Part shown: positions 35,375 through 45,963 of the stretch, in pieces
Layout: every line of letters begins with the position of its first letter
Numbering within the stretch: the first letter of the stretch is position 1
Assembly (NCBI GenBank): GCA_037917675.1
Contig: JAVCBW010000034.1
Coordinates: 32,001-96,000, forward strand
Direction of reading: 5' to 3'
DNA: 64,000 bases
DNA from: Thermoproteota archaeon
GTDB lineage: Archaea; Korarchaeota; Korarchaeia; B14-G2
The notes under the pieces: model-generated
What the model was told of the DNA's origin: nothing
Database searches by the model: none
Seen by the model: only the letters and a program-made list of their open reading frames with translations
Translations under genes and position numbers: made by a program

Positions 35375-36355
35375 ATGGAGTTGAGTACAGTATACGGGCC
35401 AGTGCAGTCTTGGAGGTTTGGGAGGTCACTTGGCATAGATGCTATCAAGCCTCCGAAGAAGTGCACCTATAGCTGCATATACTGCCAGCTCGGGAGGACA
35501 GTACACTACCTCAGGTCTCCAAGAGATCTGAAGCAGCCTGTGACGTCAGAGGAGGTTGAAGCTGAGCTCAGGAGCTATGTCACCAAGCTCAGCACAGCTG
35601 ACATAGACTTCGTTACGGTCTCAGGCTGTGGTGAGCCTACACTCAACCCCATGCTCAAGGGCATCATAGAGGCTGTCAGAAGAGTGCTCCCAGGGAAGCG
35701 TATAGTAGTCCTCACGAACTCATCTCTCATGCACCTAAGAGAGGTGAGGGAGGCTCTAGGTGAAGCTGACATCACAGTAGCAAAGCTAGATGCTGGAGAC
35801 GAGAAGGCATACAGGCTAGTGAACAGGCCAGCTCCAGGTATGCCTGGAGTAAGAGAGCTTGCCTCCTCCATCAGGGAGGCGAGAAGTATGCTCAAGTGCC
35901 TGATGCTCCAGGTCATGCTCCTAGAGACCACGTGGGGCTTTTCAAATGCAAGGCCACCACACTTAGATAGCCTACTAGACTTGATACTCGACATAAGCCC
36001 AGATGTGGTTCAGCTTGAAGTCCCATATAGGCCCCCAGCTGAGCCCTATGTTAAGGTGCCGCCGAGGGAGGATGTACTTAGTGCTCACAAAGCTCTAGTA
36101 GGCTACTTTGGAGGAGACAGAGTCTGGACTTATGGACTCCACGATGAGCGTGGCAAGCCAGTCAGGTGGCTAGCTGAGGCTAGCGAGCACATGGTGCTGG
36201 AGCTGCTTGCTAGAAGGCCCTGTACAGTACAGGAGCTAGCTCAGTCTCTAAGTATCCCTCAAGATGAAGTTGAGCTAACCTTAAAGTCTCTCCTTGAAAG
36301 AGGGTTGATCACCTACATGGAGTCAGGTGGCCTCGTGTACTATGTTGTGAGGTGA
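35375..36355 (+). CDS. Radical SAM Fe-S oxidoreductase with C-terminal wHTH
   Basis: YGPVQSWRFGRSLG, CTYSCIYCQLG, SGCGEPTL; C-terminal RRPCTVQEL HTH. Confidence 0.9.
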   Translation: MELSTVYGPVQSWRFGRSLGIDAIKPPKKCTYSCIYCQLGRTVHYLRSPRDLKQPVTSEEVEAELRSYVTKLSTADIDFVTVSGCGEPTLNPMLKGIIEAVRRVLPGKRIVVLTNSSLMHLREVREALGEADITVAKLDAGDEKAYRLVNRPAPGMPGVRELASSIREARSMLKCLMLQVMLLETTWGFSNARPPHLDSLLDLILDISPDVVQLEVPYRPPAEPYVKVPPREDVLSAHKALVGYFGGDRVWTYGLHDERGKPVRWLAEASEHMVLELLARRPCTVQELAQSLSIPQDEVELTLKSLLERGLITYMESGGLVYYVVR

Positions 36356-36359
36356 GCTC

Positions 36360-36767
36360 TTGAAGGTAGCTATCCCATGCTATAGCCCAGGTGGATTAAG
36401 CTCTCAGATCTGCCCCCACTTAGGTAGGTGTGATGTCTTCACGATAGCTGAGCTCAAGGGGAGAGAAGTGAGCTGCATAGAGCTTCTGCCCAATACAGGA
36501 GCACACATGGGAGGAGGCATGAGGCCAGCTGAGCTCCTAGCTCAAGCTGGAGTCGATGCTGTGCTCTGCCGTGGAATAGGGATGAGAGCTCTAGCTCTAC
36601 TGAGCTCAAAGGGGATCAAGGTCTACTACACCTCAGCTTCCACAGCTAGAGAGGCCATAGAGGAGCTCCTTGAGGGGAGAGCTAGGCACATGGATGAGGC
36701 TCTAGCATGTCCAGGAGAGCATCACCATAGGTGGAGCCATGGAGGAGCTCGTCATAGTCAGTGGTAA
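36360..36767 (+). CDS. NifB/NifX-family protein with His-rich tail
   Basis: PHLGRCDVF, GVDAVLCRGIG, ACPGEHHH. Confidence 0.88.
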   Translation: MKVAIPCYSPGGLSSQICPHLGRCDVFTIAELKGREVSCIELLPNTGAHMGGGMRPAELLAQAGVDAVLCRGIGMRALALLSSKGIKVYYTSASTAREAIEELLEGRARHMDEALACPGEHHHRWSHGGARHSQW

Positions 36768-37623
36768 GGGGGGTGTAGGCAAGACATCAATTGCAGCCTC
36801 ACTTGCAGTGCTTCTTTCAAGGAAGCTTAAGATCATAGCAGCAGACACAGATGTTGATGCACCGAACCTAGCGATAGTGCTGGGAGCAGAGCTCAGAAGA
36901 GAGCTTGAAGTCAGGAGCTCAGAGAAGGCTGTAGTAGACGCAGGCAAGTGCACAGGCTGCGGGAAGTGCGTTGAGGTCTGCAAGTTCAGCTCAATAACCC
37001 TAGCTGAGGGCAGAGCTGTAGTAGACAAGCTGACATGTGAAGGCTGTGGAGCATGTAGCATAGTCTGCCCAGCTGATGCAGTCAGAATAATGCAGGTGAA
37101 GACTGGGGAAGTAGGTGTAGCAGAGACAGAGTATGGATTCAAGCTTGTATCAGGACACCTGGAGATAGGTGAAGCGAACTCAGGCCATGTTGTGACAGCA
37201 GTGAAGTGGCTTGCTAGGAGGAGAGCTGAGGAGGACGGCGCTGACCTCATCATCGTAGATGGCCCACCAGGCATAGGGTGTCCTGTGATAGCCTCACTTG
37301 CAGCTGCATCACATGCCGTAGTCGTCTCAGAGCCTACTCCAGCTGGAGCATGGAGCTTAACCAGGCTAATCCAAGTGATCAACCACTTCAAGATACCATT
37401 CATGCTGGTAGTCAACAAGTGGAGCCTAAGCCTCCAGTATGCTACAGCCCTAGAGGCTTTAGCTAAGCAAAGTGGTGGAGAGCCTGTTGCTAGGATCCCT
37501 GTAGACTACACGATAGCTGAGGCTATGGCGTTGAGGAAGCCTGTAGTAGCCTACAGGCCGGAGGCAGAGTCTTCGAAGGCCATAGCTAAGCTAGCTGACG
37601 TGATCCTAGAGAGGCTGAGCTGA
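36739..37623 (+). CDS. MinD/CobQ-superfamily P-loop ATPase with 2x4Fe-4S insert
   Basis: [47 protein letters not shown]. Confidence 0.92.
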   Translation: MEELVIVSGKGGVGKTSIAASLAVLLSRKLKIIAADTDVDAPNLAIVLGAELRRELEVRSSEKAVVDAGKCTGCGKCVEVCKFSSITLAEGRAVVDKLTCEGCGACSIVCPADAVRIMQVKTGEVGVAETEYGFKLVSGHLEIGEANSGHVVTAVKWLARRRAEEDGADLIIVDGPPGIGCPVIASLAAASHAVVVSEPTPAGAWSLTRLIQVINHFKIPFMLVVNKWSLSLQYATALEALAKQSGGEPVARIPVDYTIAEAMALRKPVVAYRPEAESSKAIAKLADVILERLS

Positions 37624-38552
37624 TGCCTAGGATAGCAGTGACAGGAGGTAAGGGAGGTACAGGGAAGACGACTATAGCAGTCAACATAGCATACACTCTA
37701 GCCCAAATGGGTGTCAGAGCCCTCTTAATAGATGCTGACGTAGATGCACCAAGCTGCTCAAGGCTCCTAGGTGTAGCCACAGCCAGAGTGCTTGATGTCA
37801 AATCCTTCCTCCCAGCAGTAGACTCAGAGAAGTGCATGATGTGTGGCCTATGTGCACAGGCATGCAGGCCACATGCCCTAGTCCATGTCGAAGGCAGGAT
37901 CCCAATGCTCTTCCCAGAGCTCTGCTCAGGCTGTGAGGCATGTAAGCTAGTATGCCCAAGCAGCGCAATCAAAGAGTCCTCGAAGCTCCTAGGCTGGGTC
38001 AACATGGCAGAAGCACATGGAATAACCCTAGTGGAGGGAGAGCTGCAGCCAACTGAGGCCAGATCCACGCTAGTCCTACTGAAGGCAATAGAGTATGCTA
38101 GAGGCTTGAGGTCAGAGAGAGGCTATGATGTAACCATAGTAGACACAGCTCCAGGAACACACTGCAATGTGATACATGCGATAAGGGGAGCTGACCTAGC
38201 TCTAGCAGTCACTGAGCCGACGCCACTAGGTGCACATGACCTTGAGCTCATCCTCAAGCTCACAGAAAAGCTCAGGGTCAAGGCTACAGTGGTCTTAAAC
38301 AGAGCAGACCTACCTGGAGGCACACCATCTGAGGTGAGAGAAGTCGCTAGAAGACATAACGCCCCTATAGTAGCTGAGATACCACTAGACCCACTAATCC
38401 AGAGCAGCCACATCCAAGGGAAGCCTGTCCTAGAGATAGCTCCCAGCTCCAGGGCAGCAGAAGCCTTCAGAGCTCTAGCTAAGACAGCGCTAAGGCTAGC
38501 TACACCTGAGCATGAGCCACAGAGTGAGCCTCCAGCTGCTAAATGCACCTAA
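37623..38552 (+). CDS. MinD/CobQ-superfamily P-loop ATPase with 2x4Fe-4S insert (paralog)
   Basis: GGKGGTGKT, DADVDAP, CMMCGLC, CSGCEAC..CP, DTAPGTHC, EPTPLGAHDL. Confidence 0.92.
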   Translation: MPRIAVTGGKGGTGKTTIAVNIAYTLAQMGVRALLIDADVDAPSCSRLLGVATARVLDVKSFLPAVDSEKCMMCGLCAQACRPHALVHVEGRIPMLFPELCSGCEACKLVCPSSAIKESSKLLGWVNMAEAHGITLVEGELQPTEARSTLVLLKAIEYARGLRSERGYDVTIVDTAPGTHCNVIHAIRGADLALAVTEPTPLGAHDLELILKLTEKLRVKATVVLNRADLPGGTPSEVREVARRHNAPIVAEIPLDPLIQSSHIQGKPVLEIAPSSRAAEAFRALAKTALRLATPEHEPQSEPPAAKCT

Positions 38553-38769
38553 GCACCGGCTTTCTAGCTTACACACATGTACCTGATAGCTTGCCTTCTC
38601 CAGATGGGTACATTAAACCTCTTACATGAAGGCGATAGAGCTCCTAGCTTCCAGGCTGTAGTAGGCGAGTTTAGCTTAATGATTCTACTGCCATAAAGTT
38701 AAATATTATGATGCAGGGGCTATGCATCAATAACCTCCCGCATCATAACCAGCTAGGAGGTTATTCTTC

Positions 38770-40851
38770 ATGTATAGGGTTGGAGTAGACATCGGTGGAA
38801 CCTTCACAGACTTAGTTGCGCTGAGTGATGATGGTGAGCTTATCAACATAAAGGTACCGAGCACACCGCTAGCTCCAGAGAAGGGTGTTGTAGAAGCCTT
38901 AGTTGAGCTTCTAGCTGAGGTCAGTCCAGATGAGATAGATGTCGTTGTCCACGCGACCACCATAGCTACGAACGCTCTCCTAGGGCAGAAGGGGCTGAGC
39001 CTCCCGAAGACAGCTCTAATAACTACAAGGGGCTTCAGAGACATCATTGAAATAGGGAGGCAGAGGAGACCTAGACTCTACGACATCTTTTTCACGAAGC
39101 CTAGGCCTCTAGTCGAGAGGAGATATAGGTATGAGGTGACAGAGAGGATAGGGCCGAGAGGAGAGGTCATAAAACCCCTGAGCACTAGCGAAGTTGAAGA
39201 TGCGGTTAAGGACATGCTTAAAGAGGGTGTTGAGGCTGCTGCAATAGGATTCCTGAACTCCTATGTGAACCCAGCTCACGAGCTTGAGGCTAAGAGGGTA
39301 TTGCAGGAGATGGCTCCAAGCCTACATGTGACAGCTAGCTGCGAGATTTCACCAGAATACAGGGAATATGAGAGGATCAGCACTGCTGTCGTGAACTCGG
39401 TCCTTAAGCCCATAGTGTCTCTCTACGTTAAGAGACTTGAGAGCGAGCTCAGATCTCTCGGGGTCATGGCTCCACTCTACGTAATGCAGAGCAATGGAGG
39501 AATGGCTTCTACAGGCGTCGTGTCAGAGGCTCCAGTGACAGTAGTAGAGTCAGGGCCTGCTGCTGGGGTGATAGCTGCAGCATTCTATAGCAGAGCTCTA
39601 GGGGTGAGCAACGTCATAAGCTTCGACATGGGTGGGACGACAGCTAAGGCAGGCTCAATATTCAGAGGGACACCAGAGCAGGTGGCAGAGTATGAGGTCG
39701 CTGGAGAGATTCATAAAGGTAGAGTAGTGAAGGGAAGCGGCTATCCAGTCAGGTTTCCATTCATAGATCTAGTTGAATGCAGTGCTGGAGGAGGAACTAT
39801 AGCATGGGTCGACAAGGGAGGAGCGCTGAGGGTAGGCCCAGTGAGTGCTGGAGCAGACCCTGGGCCAGCATGCTATGGGCAGGGTGGAGAGGACCCTACG
39901 ATAACGGATGCAAACCTGTTGCTAGGTAGGCTTAACCCCAGGTACCTGCTAGGAGGTAGGAAGAGGATATACAGAGAGCTAGCTGAGAAGGCCTTCAGAG
40001 AGAAGATATGTGAGCTGCTTGGAGCAGACTTGACTGAGGCTGCCATTGCAGTCATCGAGCTAGCGAACACAGAGATGTCAAAGATCCTCAGGATAGTCTC
40101 AGTTGAGAGGGGATATGACCCAAGAGACTTCTCTATGATAGCATTTGGAGGAGCAGGCCCAATGCACGCCTGCGCTCTAGCTGAGGAGCTCGATGTTAAG
40201 GAGGTGGTAATCCCTCCCAACCCAGGGCTCTTCTCAGCTCTAGGCCTCCTAGCAGCAGACTTCCAGCATGACTTCACTAAAGCTGTGATGTCTAGGGCAA
40301 GTGAGCTGGAGCCAGCTAGCGTAGAGGAGGTTTTCAGGGAGCTAGAGGAGAGAGGCTCCAGGATCCTAGAGGAGGAGGGGGTCAGCCAGAGCCAGATGTC
40401 TTTCATCAGGAAGCTAGACCTCAGATATATCGGGCAGGCATATGAGCTCACTGTGCCGGCTTCAAGTCCCTTCGACAAGAGAGCTCTAGAGCAGGTGATA
40501 GAGGCATTCCACAGGAGGCACGAGGAAGTCTATGGGTATGCTGCGAGAGAGGAGGAAGTATATGTAGTCAATGCTAGGGTTACCGCAGTAGGCATCGTGA
40601 GAAAGCCTAAGCTGAAGAGGTATGTAGCTGGAGGAAGCCAGCCGCCAGCTCAAGCTGTGATCGAGGAGAGAGAAGCCTACTTCAGTAGAGGCTATGAGAG
40701 ATGCAAGGTCTATCAGAGAGAGAAGCTGAAGCCTGGGAACACGATTGAGGGACCTGCTGTGATAGAGCAGTATGACTCAACTACAGTAGTGCACCCTAGC
40801 TTCCAGGCTACAGTAGACGAGTTCAGTAATCTCGTCTTAAGGAGGTGCTGA
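38770..40851 (+). CDS. Hydantoinase/oxoprolinase subunit A (ATP-dependent)
   Basis: GVDIGGTFTD, ESGPAAG, DMGGTT, AGGG, SAGADPGP, FGGAG. Confidence 0.95.
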   Translation: MYRVGVDIGGTFTDLVALSDDGELINIKVPSTPLAPEKGVVEALVELLAEVSPDEIDVVVHATTIATNALLGQKGLSLPKTALITTRGFRDIIEIGRQRRPRLYDIFFTKPRPLVERRYRYEVTERIGPRGEVIKPLSTSEVEDAVKDMLKEGVEAAAIGFLNSYVNPAHELEAKRVLQEMAPSLHVTASCEISPEYREYERISTAVVNSVLKPIVSLYVKRLESELRSLGVMAPLYVMQSNGGMASTGVVSEAPVTVVESGPAAGVIAAAFYSRALGVSNVISFDMGGTTAKAGSIFRGTPEQVAEYEVAGEIHKGRVVKGSGYPVRFPFIDLVECSAGGGTIAWVDKGGALRVGPVSAGADPGPACYGQGGEDPTITDANLLLGRLNPRYLLGGRKRIYRELAEKAFREKICELLGADLTEAAIAVIELANTEMSKILRIVSVERGYDPRDFSMIAFGGAGPMHACALAEELDVKEVVIPPNPGLFSALGLLAADFQHDFTKAVMSRASELEPASVEEVFRELEERGSRILEEEGVSQSQMSFIRKLDLRYIGQAYELTVPASSPFDKRALEQVIEAFHRRHEEVYGYAAREEEVYVVNARVTAVGIVRKPKLKRYVAGGSQPPAQAVIEEREAYFSRGYERCKVYQREKLKPGNTIEGPAVIEQYDSTTVVHPSFQATVDEFSNLVLRRC

Positions 40852-42563
40852 ACATGGTCGTCGATTTAGTCACTATAGGTGTGGTCAAGGGGAAGCTGAC
40901 GTATGCAGCTGAAGAAATGGGGATAGCACTCAGGAAGTCAGCTTACTCACCGAACATAAAGGAGAGAATGGACCACTCATGCGCGATATTCGACGCCGAG
41001 AAGAGGCTTGTAGCTCAGGCAGAGCACATCCCCGTCCACCTAGGCTCCATGATCCTAGCAGTCCAGCAGGGCTTAGCAAGCTACCGTGGTGAGCTGGAGG
41101 AGGGAGACATGCTCCTCTTCAATGACCCCTACATAAGTGGTACTCACCTACCTGATATGACGCTGATTGCTCCAGTCTACTATAGAGGAGAGGTCATAGC
41201 TTATGTTGCGAATAAAGCTCACCACTCAGATGTAGGGGGGAAGGCTCCTGGAAGCATGCCAGGCGACTCAGCTGAGCTGTTCGAAGAAGGCATCATAATA
41301 CCTCCAGTGAAGCTCGTTAAAGGAGGTAGGATAGACAGGGAGATAGCTGAGATCATCTTGAGCAACGTCAGGACACCAAGAGAGAGGATGGGTGACCTGA
41401 GGGCTCAAGTTGCAGCAAACTTCCTCGGCATCAGGAGGATCATAGAGCTAGCTGAGAAGTATGGAGTAGAGAAGCTTGAGGCAGCTATTGAGGAGATCTT
41501 GGCTCACTCAGAGCGCATGATGCGCCACGAGATAGAGAAGATACCTGATGGCGTATATAAGGCTGAAGACTACCTTGAGGACACAGGTACATCAGATGAA
41601 CCTGTCAAGATAGCTGTAGAGGTCACAGTGAGAGGAGACTCCATCAGGTTCGACTACACTGGCACTTCACTACAGGTCGATGCCCCAGTCAATGCTCCCC
41701 TTGGAGTGACTCTAGCAGGAGTCTTCTATGTTATGATCTGCATCACAGACCCTAGCATACCAGTCAATGATGGCTGCTATAGGCCTATTGAAGTCCATGT
41801 CCCAGAGGGCACACTGCTGAACCCGAGGAGGCCTGCTGCAGTCTGCGGTGGAAACGTAGAGACATCTCAGAGGAATGTAGACACTCTCTTCAAGGCTCTA
41901 GCCCAGGCAGTTCCAGATAGGGTGTGTGCTGCAGGCTCAGGCACCATGAACAACATAAGCGTAGGGGGGGTTGACCCAAGGTCAGGTGAGCTCTGGGCTT
42001 TCTATGAGACCATAGGTGGAGGCTATGGGGCCAGACCTGGGCTAGATGGAGTCGACGGCGTACATGTCCACATGACCAACACAATGAACACGCCGATAGA
42101 GGCTATAGAAGCCCAGTTTCCAATATTATTCCTCAGCTACAAGCTCAGAGAGGACAGTGGTGGCCCAGGGAAGTGGAGAGGTGGCTGCGGGATAGAGAGG
42201 AGCTGGAAGCTCCTAGCTCCATCAGCAACCCTCTCCATTCTAGCTGAGAGAAACAAGATGAGGCCATGGGGGCTCATGGGAGGCTTGGAGGGTGCTGCTG
42301 GAGAGCACCTCATAATAAGGGGAGGCACGGCTATGAGGCTGAAGTCTAAGTGCACGGTGAGGCTCCAGAAGGGAGATGTTCTTGTAGTGAGGACCCCAGG
42401 TGGAGGAGGCTATGGGAACCCACTTGAGAGGAGCATAGAGCTTGTCCTCAAGGATGTGAGGGATGGCCTAGTTTCACCTGAGGCAGCCCACAGGTACTAC
42501 GGGGTTACAGTAGATCCTGAAACATGCCATGTCTACAGGCTACACAAGCTTCAGGGCCTTTGA
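40845..42563 (+). CDS. Hydantoinase/oxoprolinase subunit B
   Basis: SPNIKERMD, HIPVHLG, NDPY..GTHLPD, AHHSDVGG, PGGGGYG. Confidence 0.95.
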   Translation: MLNMVVDLVTIGVVKGKLTYAAEEMGIALRKSAYSPNIKERMDHSCAIFDAEKRLVAQAEHIPVHLGSMILAVQQGLASYRGELEEGDMLLFNDPYISGTHLPDMTLIAPVYYRGEVIAYVANKAHHSDVGGKAPGSMPGDSAELFEEGIIIPPVKLVKGGRIDREIAEIILSNVRTPRERMGDLRAQVAANFLGIRRIIELAEKYGVEKLEAAIEEILAHSERMMRHEIEKIPDGVYKAEDYLEDTGTSDEPVKIAVEVTVRGDSIRFDYTGTSLQVDAPVNAPLGVTLAGVFYVMICITDPSIPVNDGCYRPIEVHVPEGTLLNPRRPAAVCGGNVETSQRNVDTLFKALAQAVPDRVCAAGSGTMNNISVGGVDPRSGELWAFYETIGGGYGARPGLDGVDGVHVHMTNTMNTPIEAIEAQFPILFLSYKLREDSGGPGKWRGGCGIERSWKLLAPSATLSILAERNKMRPWGLMGGLEGAAGEHLIIRGGTAMRLKSKCTVRLQKGDVLVVRTPGGGGYGNPLERSIELVLKDVRDGLVSPEAAHRYYGVTVDPETCHVYRLHKLQGL

Positions 42564-42746
42564 AGCCTTGAGAAGCATTGAGCTAGACTCGGAAGCCTGT
42601 TGTGGAAAGCACCTGGCCTCTGTGGCTACGCTAACGCCTTAAGAGTTAGGCTACATCAGTCTCAGCTGCTATAGCAGCTCAACACCCTCAGCTGCATGCT
42701 CTCTGCTGCCAGCAACCTTTAAAGGAAAACCTGACGCTGAGCTCCC

Positions 42747-43379
42747 ATGTTACCGAGGATAGGCCTGCTTAGAGCTATAGTCGAGGGTGTGCTACAACTC
42801 ATATCTGATGGAGGATATGTCGCTATCGGCTTCCTGATGGCTCTTGAAAGCGCGCTGATGCCTGTCCCCAGTGAGGTTGTAATGCCATTCGCAGGCTACC
42901 TTGCCTATCTAGGTGTGCTCAGCCTCACTACCGCCACGATAGCTGGCTCCATCGGGAACCTGATAGGCTCTCTACTAGCCTACTATGCTGGGCTCTATGG
43001 GGGGAGGAGGTTTGTGGAGAAATATGGCCGCTACCTGATGCTGAGCAGGAGGCATCTAAGGCTTGCTGAAGAGTTTTTCTCTAGATATGGGAGTGCTGCT
43101 GTGCTTATCTCACGTATGCTGCCAGTCATAAGGACTGTGATAGCCTTCCCAGCTGGTGTAGGGAGGATGAACCTAGCTAGGTTCTCACTCTCCACTCTAG
43201 TTGGCTCTCTGCCATGGTGCTATGCGCTAGCCTACTCTGGCTACAGGCTAGGGCCCTACTGGAGCAAGGCTATGGAGCTCACTGAGAGCCTTGAGCTCGT
43301 CATCCTCCTAGCAGCTCCACCTGCCCTATACCTCATCTATAGGACACTGAAAGCTGGCAGTATGGAGGAGGATACTTAG
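42747..43379 (+). CDS. DedA family membrane protein
   Basis: LESALMPVPSE, FAG, YG..AVLISRMLPVIRT..PAG. Confidence 0.92.
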   Translation: MLPRIGLLRAIVEGVLQLISDGGYVAIGFLMALESALMPVPSEVVMPFAGYLAYLGVLSLTTATIAGSIGNLIGSLLAYYAGLYGGRRFVEKYGRYLMLSRRHLRLAEEFFSRYGSAAVLISRMLPVIRTVIAFPAGVGRMNLARFSLSTLVGSLPWCYALAYSGYRLGPYWSKAMELTESLELVILLAAPPALYLIYRTLKAGSMEEDT

Positions 43380-43687
43380 GCTTAGGCGCTGCTAGTATAG
43401 TCTCCGCTTCAGGTTGAGCTGTGTCCAAGCATGATCTCACTGCTTAGCCTCTAGGTTAATCAGAGCTTTCTCTACAGCATATGTAGCTTTCTCCGCTGTC
43501 TGCCTACGCAGCCTGAAGTCTCCTAGCACAGCTCCTGGCCTCGTCTCCTCTAGGCTCCAGGTCTCTAAGTAGCTTAAGGCTGGAAGCTCTGTTGTAGGCT
43601 TGGCAGTGGAGGAAGTAGGGCTCTCCTCTCTTGACTACAGCTGACTTTAGCTCCATGATCCTTCTAGGAGGATGGAAGCTGGCTCCT

Positions 43688-44239
43688 CTAGGGGAGGCCG
43701 AGAGCAGCAAGCAAGCCTACTGAAATGAAGAGGGCTGAGGAGGCTAGCCTCAGAGGCCTCTCAGGGATCCTCTCACCGATCTTGTCTCCTATGGCTGCTG
43801 TGGCAGCTGCAGCAGTAGAGAGGGCTAGGAGAGATCCAGTGAACACAGCTAGCGGAGACCCTGTAGCTGCTGCAAACGCCATGCTAGACAGCTGAGTTTT
43901 GTCTCCTAGCTCAGCTAGGAAGACTGATGTGAACACTGTAGCTATGGTGCCGGCTTCTCTCTTCTTCTCAGCTCTACTCCTCAAGCTGAGCACTCCAGCT
44001 GCAGTGAACATGGCTCCAGCTGCAGCTCTCACAGCTCTCTCTGGGAGCATGCATCCAGTATAGTAGCCTAGAGCTATGCTTACAGCCTGGACTAAAGCGA
44101 AGGCTGGTATGGCTCCAGCTATCGTCCTAGCTGCCCCAGCTCTCAAGCTGAAGGCCAAGACAGCTAGCTGGGTCTTGTCAGCTAGCTCAGCTACCAAGAC
44201 TGCCGTGAAAACAGCTAGGAGAAGCTTCCAAGCTAGCAC
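43688..44239 (-). CDS. TMEM165/GDT1 (UPF0016) family cation transporter
   Basis: Two motifs ELADKTQ and ELGDKTQ. Confidence 0.9.
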   Translation of the reverse strand: MLAWKLLLAVFTAVLVAELADKTQLAVLAFSLRAGAARTIAGAIPAFALVQAVSIALGYYTGCMLPERAVRAAAGAMFTAAGVLSLRSRAEKKREAGTIATVFTSVFLAELGDKTQLSSMAFAAATGSPLAVFTGSLLALSTAAAATAAIGDKIGERIPERPLRLASSALFISVGLLAALGLP

Positions 44240-44351
44240 ATGCAGCTAGGGTCAGCCTGGTATATAAGCTAGCCTACAGCTACTATGAGCTCAATAGCCA
44301 TAAGCTCGTAGATGAATGCTCACATAGCTCAGATACGCTTAAATATGGCAT

Positions 44352-45353
44352 GTGAGCTCAGTCAGGTGGGTAGCCATGGGGCTATGGAAACTGAGGCTAT
44401 CCATGTTAGGTACTCTAGCCTTGATCATAGGGATATCAACCTTGCTGTTCACAGTAGTGCTGAGCTACATAGGTACCTTAAGCCTCTTCTCACTGGCCAC
44501 ATTCGTGGTAGGCTTCAACCTACTCCAGTGGCTTATCGCACCATACATCATAGACATGATGTATGGTGTGAGAGAGGCTCCTAGGGAAAGCTACCCCCAG
44601 CTCTATAGGATGGTAGAGGAGATATCCTCTAGGGCAGGTGTCAGGACGCCTAGGGTGATGATAGCTAGACTACCTGTCCCAAATGCCTTCGCCTATGGGT
44701 CGCCGATAGCTGGGACGAGGGTAGCTGTCACAGAGGCTCTACTGAGCACCCTCGAGGAAGAGGAGGTAGAAGCTGTGATAGGGCATGAGCTAGGGCACAT
44801 AAAGCACAGAGACATGCAGGTGATGATGTTTGCATCAGTTCTGCCAGCAATCTTCTACTACATAGGCTACAGCCTCATGCTCTCATCATGGTATAGAGGT
44901 GGGAGAGAAGAGGAGCAGGGGCCTTCAGCTGCTCTGCTAGGCTTCCTCTTCATGGCAGTCTACTGGGTCCTGACCATGCTAGTCTTACACCTCAGTAGGC
45001 TCAGAGAATACTATGCTGACAGGTTCAGTGCTGAGAACGTCTATGATGGGGCAAGGAAGCTGATGGAGGCGCTAGCCAAGATAGTGGCCTTCACAGGCAG
45101 GCTTAGATCCAATCTGGCTTCAGAGGGAGCTAGAGTAGGGAGCTTTAAAGCCCTGTTCATAAGCGACCCAGATACAGCAGACAGAGATCTCACCTACCTG
45201 AGAGGCTATATGAGAGACCAGGAGCTGGTCAAGCAGATCATGTCTAGAGGGATAACTACAGCAGAGAGAATAGCTGAGCTATTCTCAACACACCCGAACA
45301 TAGTGAAGAGGCTGAGAGCTCTACAGGAGATAGCTGGGATAGCATACGTGTAG
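44352..45353 (+). CDS. htpX: Zinc metalloprotease HtpX (M48)
   Basis: PNAFA, HELGH, SRLREYYAD, STHP. Confidence 0.94.
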   Translation: MSSVRWVAMGLWKLRLSMLGTLALIIGISTLLFTVVLSYIGTLSLFSLATFVVGFNLLQWLIAPYIIDMMYGVREAPRESYPQLYRMVEEISSRAGVRTPRVMIARLPVPNAFAYGSPIAGTRVAVTEALLSTLEEEEVEAVIGHELGHIKHRDMQVMMFASVLPAIFYYIGYSLMLSSWYRGGREEEQGPSAALLGFLFMAVYWVLTMLVLHLSRLREYYADRFSAENVYDGARKLMEALAKIVAFTGRLRSNLASEGARVGSFKALFISDPDTADRDLTYLRGYMRDQELVKQIMSRGITTAERIAELFSTHPNIVKRLRALQEIAGIAYV

Positions 45354-45360
45354 ACCAGCT

Positions 45361-45963
45361 ATGGGCTGGCTCACACCATTCTCACAGCCAGCTAAGCCAG
45401 TCCCCTGGAGGAGAATAAGGTCATGGGCATGTACTAGCTGCGGAGAGTGCTGTAGACACTTCCGTGTCCCACTGGCTCCACTAGAGTATGCTAGGATCCT
45501 CAGAGTATTTGGGTCATGGCCTATTGAGATCAGGATAGGGAGAGCATATCTGAGGAAGAAGCCTGATGGCAGATGTGTGTTCCAGTACAGGCTTGGTGGA
45601 GTGTGGCTCTGTGGTATCCAGAGCTTCAAGCCTCTGGCATGTAAGCTCTGGCCTATCAAGCCTCTTGAGAAGCCTAAGTATGGGAGAAGTCAGGAGGCAG
45701 CCTTCTACTCTAGGCATGGAGAGTTCTATGTCTACCTAGATCCAAGATGTCCTGGAGTGGAGCTAGGTGAGCCTACACCTAAGCTGGCTACAGCCATAGC
45801 TGAGGCTATAGACCTCATGTATAATCTAAGCAGACCTCAGAAGTACACTACATCACAGCTTGCTCCTCTTCAGGTAGCTGGAGTAGGAGTACATGGCCTT
45901 GAGCACCCTAGCACACTCCTCTATGCTCCAATACGTAGGTATCCTCATGGATTCCAGCCTTGA
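45361..45963 (+). CDS. YkgJ-like Cys-cluster protein
   Basis: CTSCGECC, CVF, LCGI..KPLACKLWP, CPG. Confidence 0.85.
   Translation: MGWLTPFSQPAKPVPWRRIRSWACTSCGECCRHFRVPLAPLEYARILRVFGSWPIEIRIGRAYLRKKPDGRCVFQYRLGGVWLCGIQSFKPLACKLWPIKPLEKPKYGRSQEAAFYSRHGEFYVYLDPRCPGVELGEPTPKLATAIAEAIDLMYNLSRPQKYTTSQLAPLQVAGVGVHGLEHPSTLLYAPIRRYPHGFQP

Noticed and set aside
42664-42679. Perfect 16-bp palindrome AGCTGCTATAGCAGCT
   Set aside because: Built from the over-represented AGCT words; single copy
43380-43710. 68-aa ORF downstream of the GDT1 gene
   Set aside because: No recognisable motif; could be a relic but unsupported
44318-44357. GCTCACAT...ATGTGAGC arms flanking the htpX TATA
   Set aside because: Wide spacing, overlap with the annotated start and no second copy
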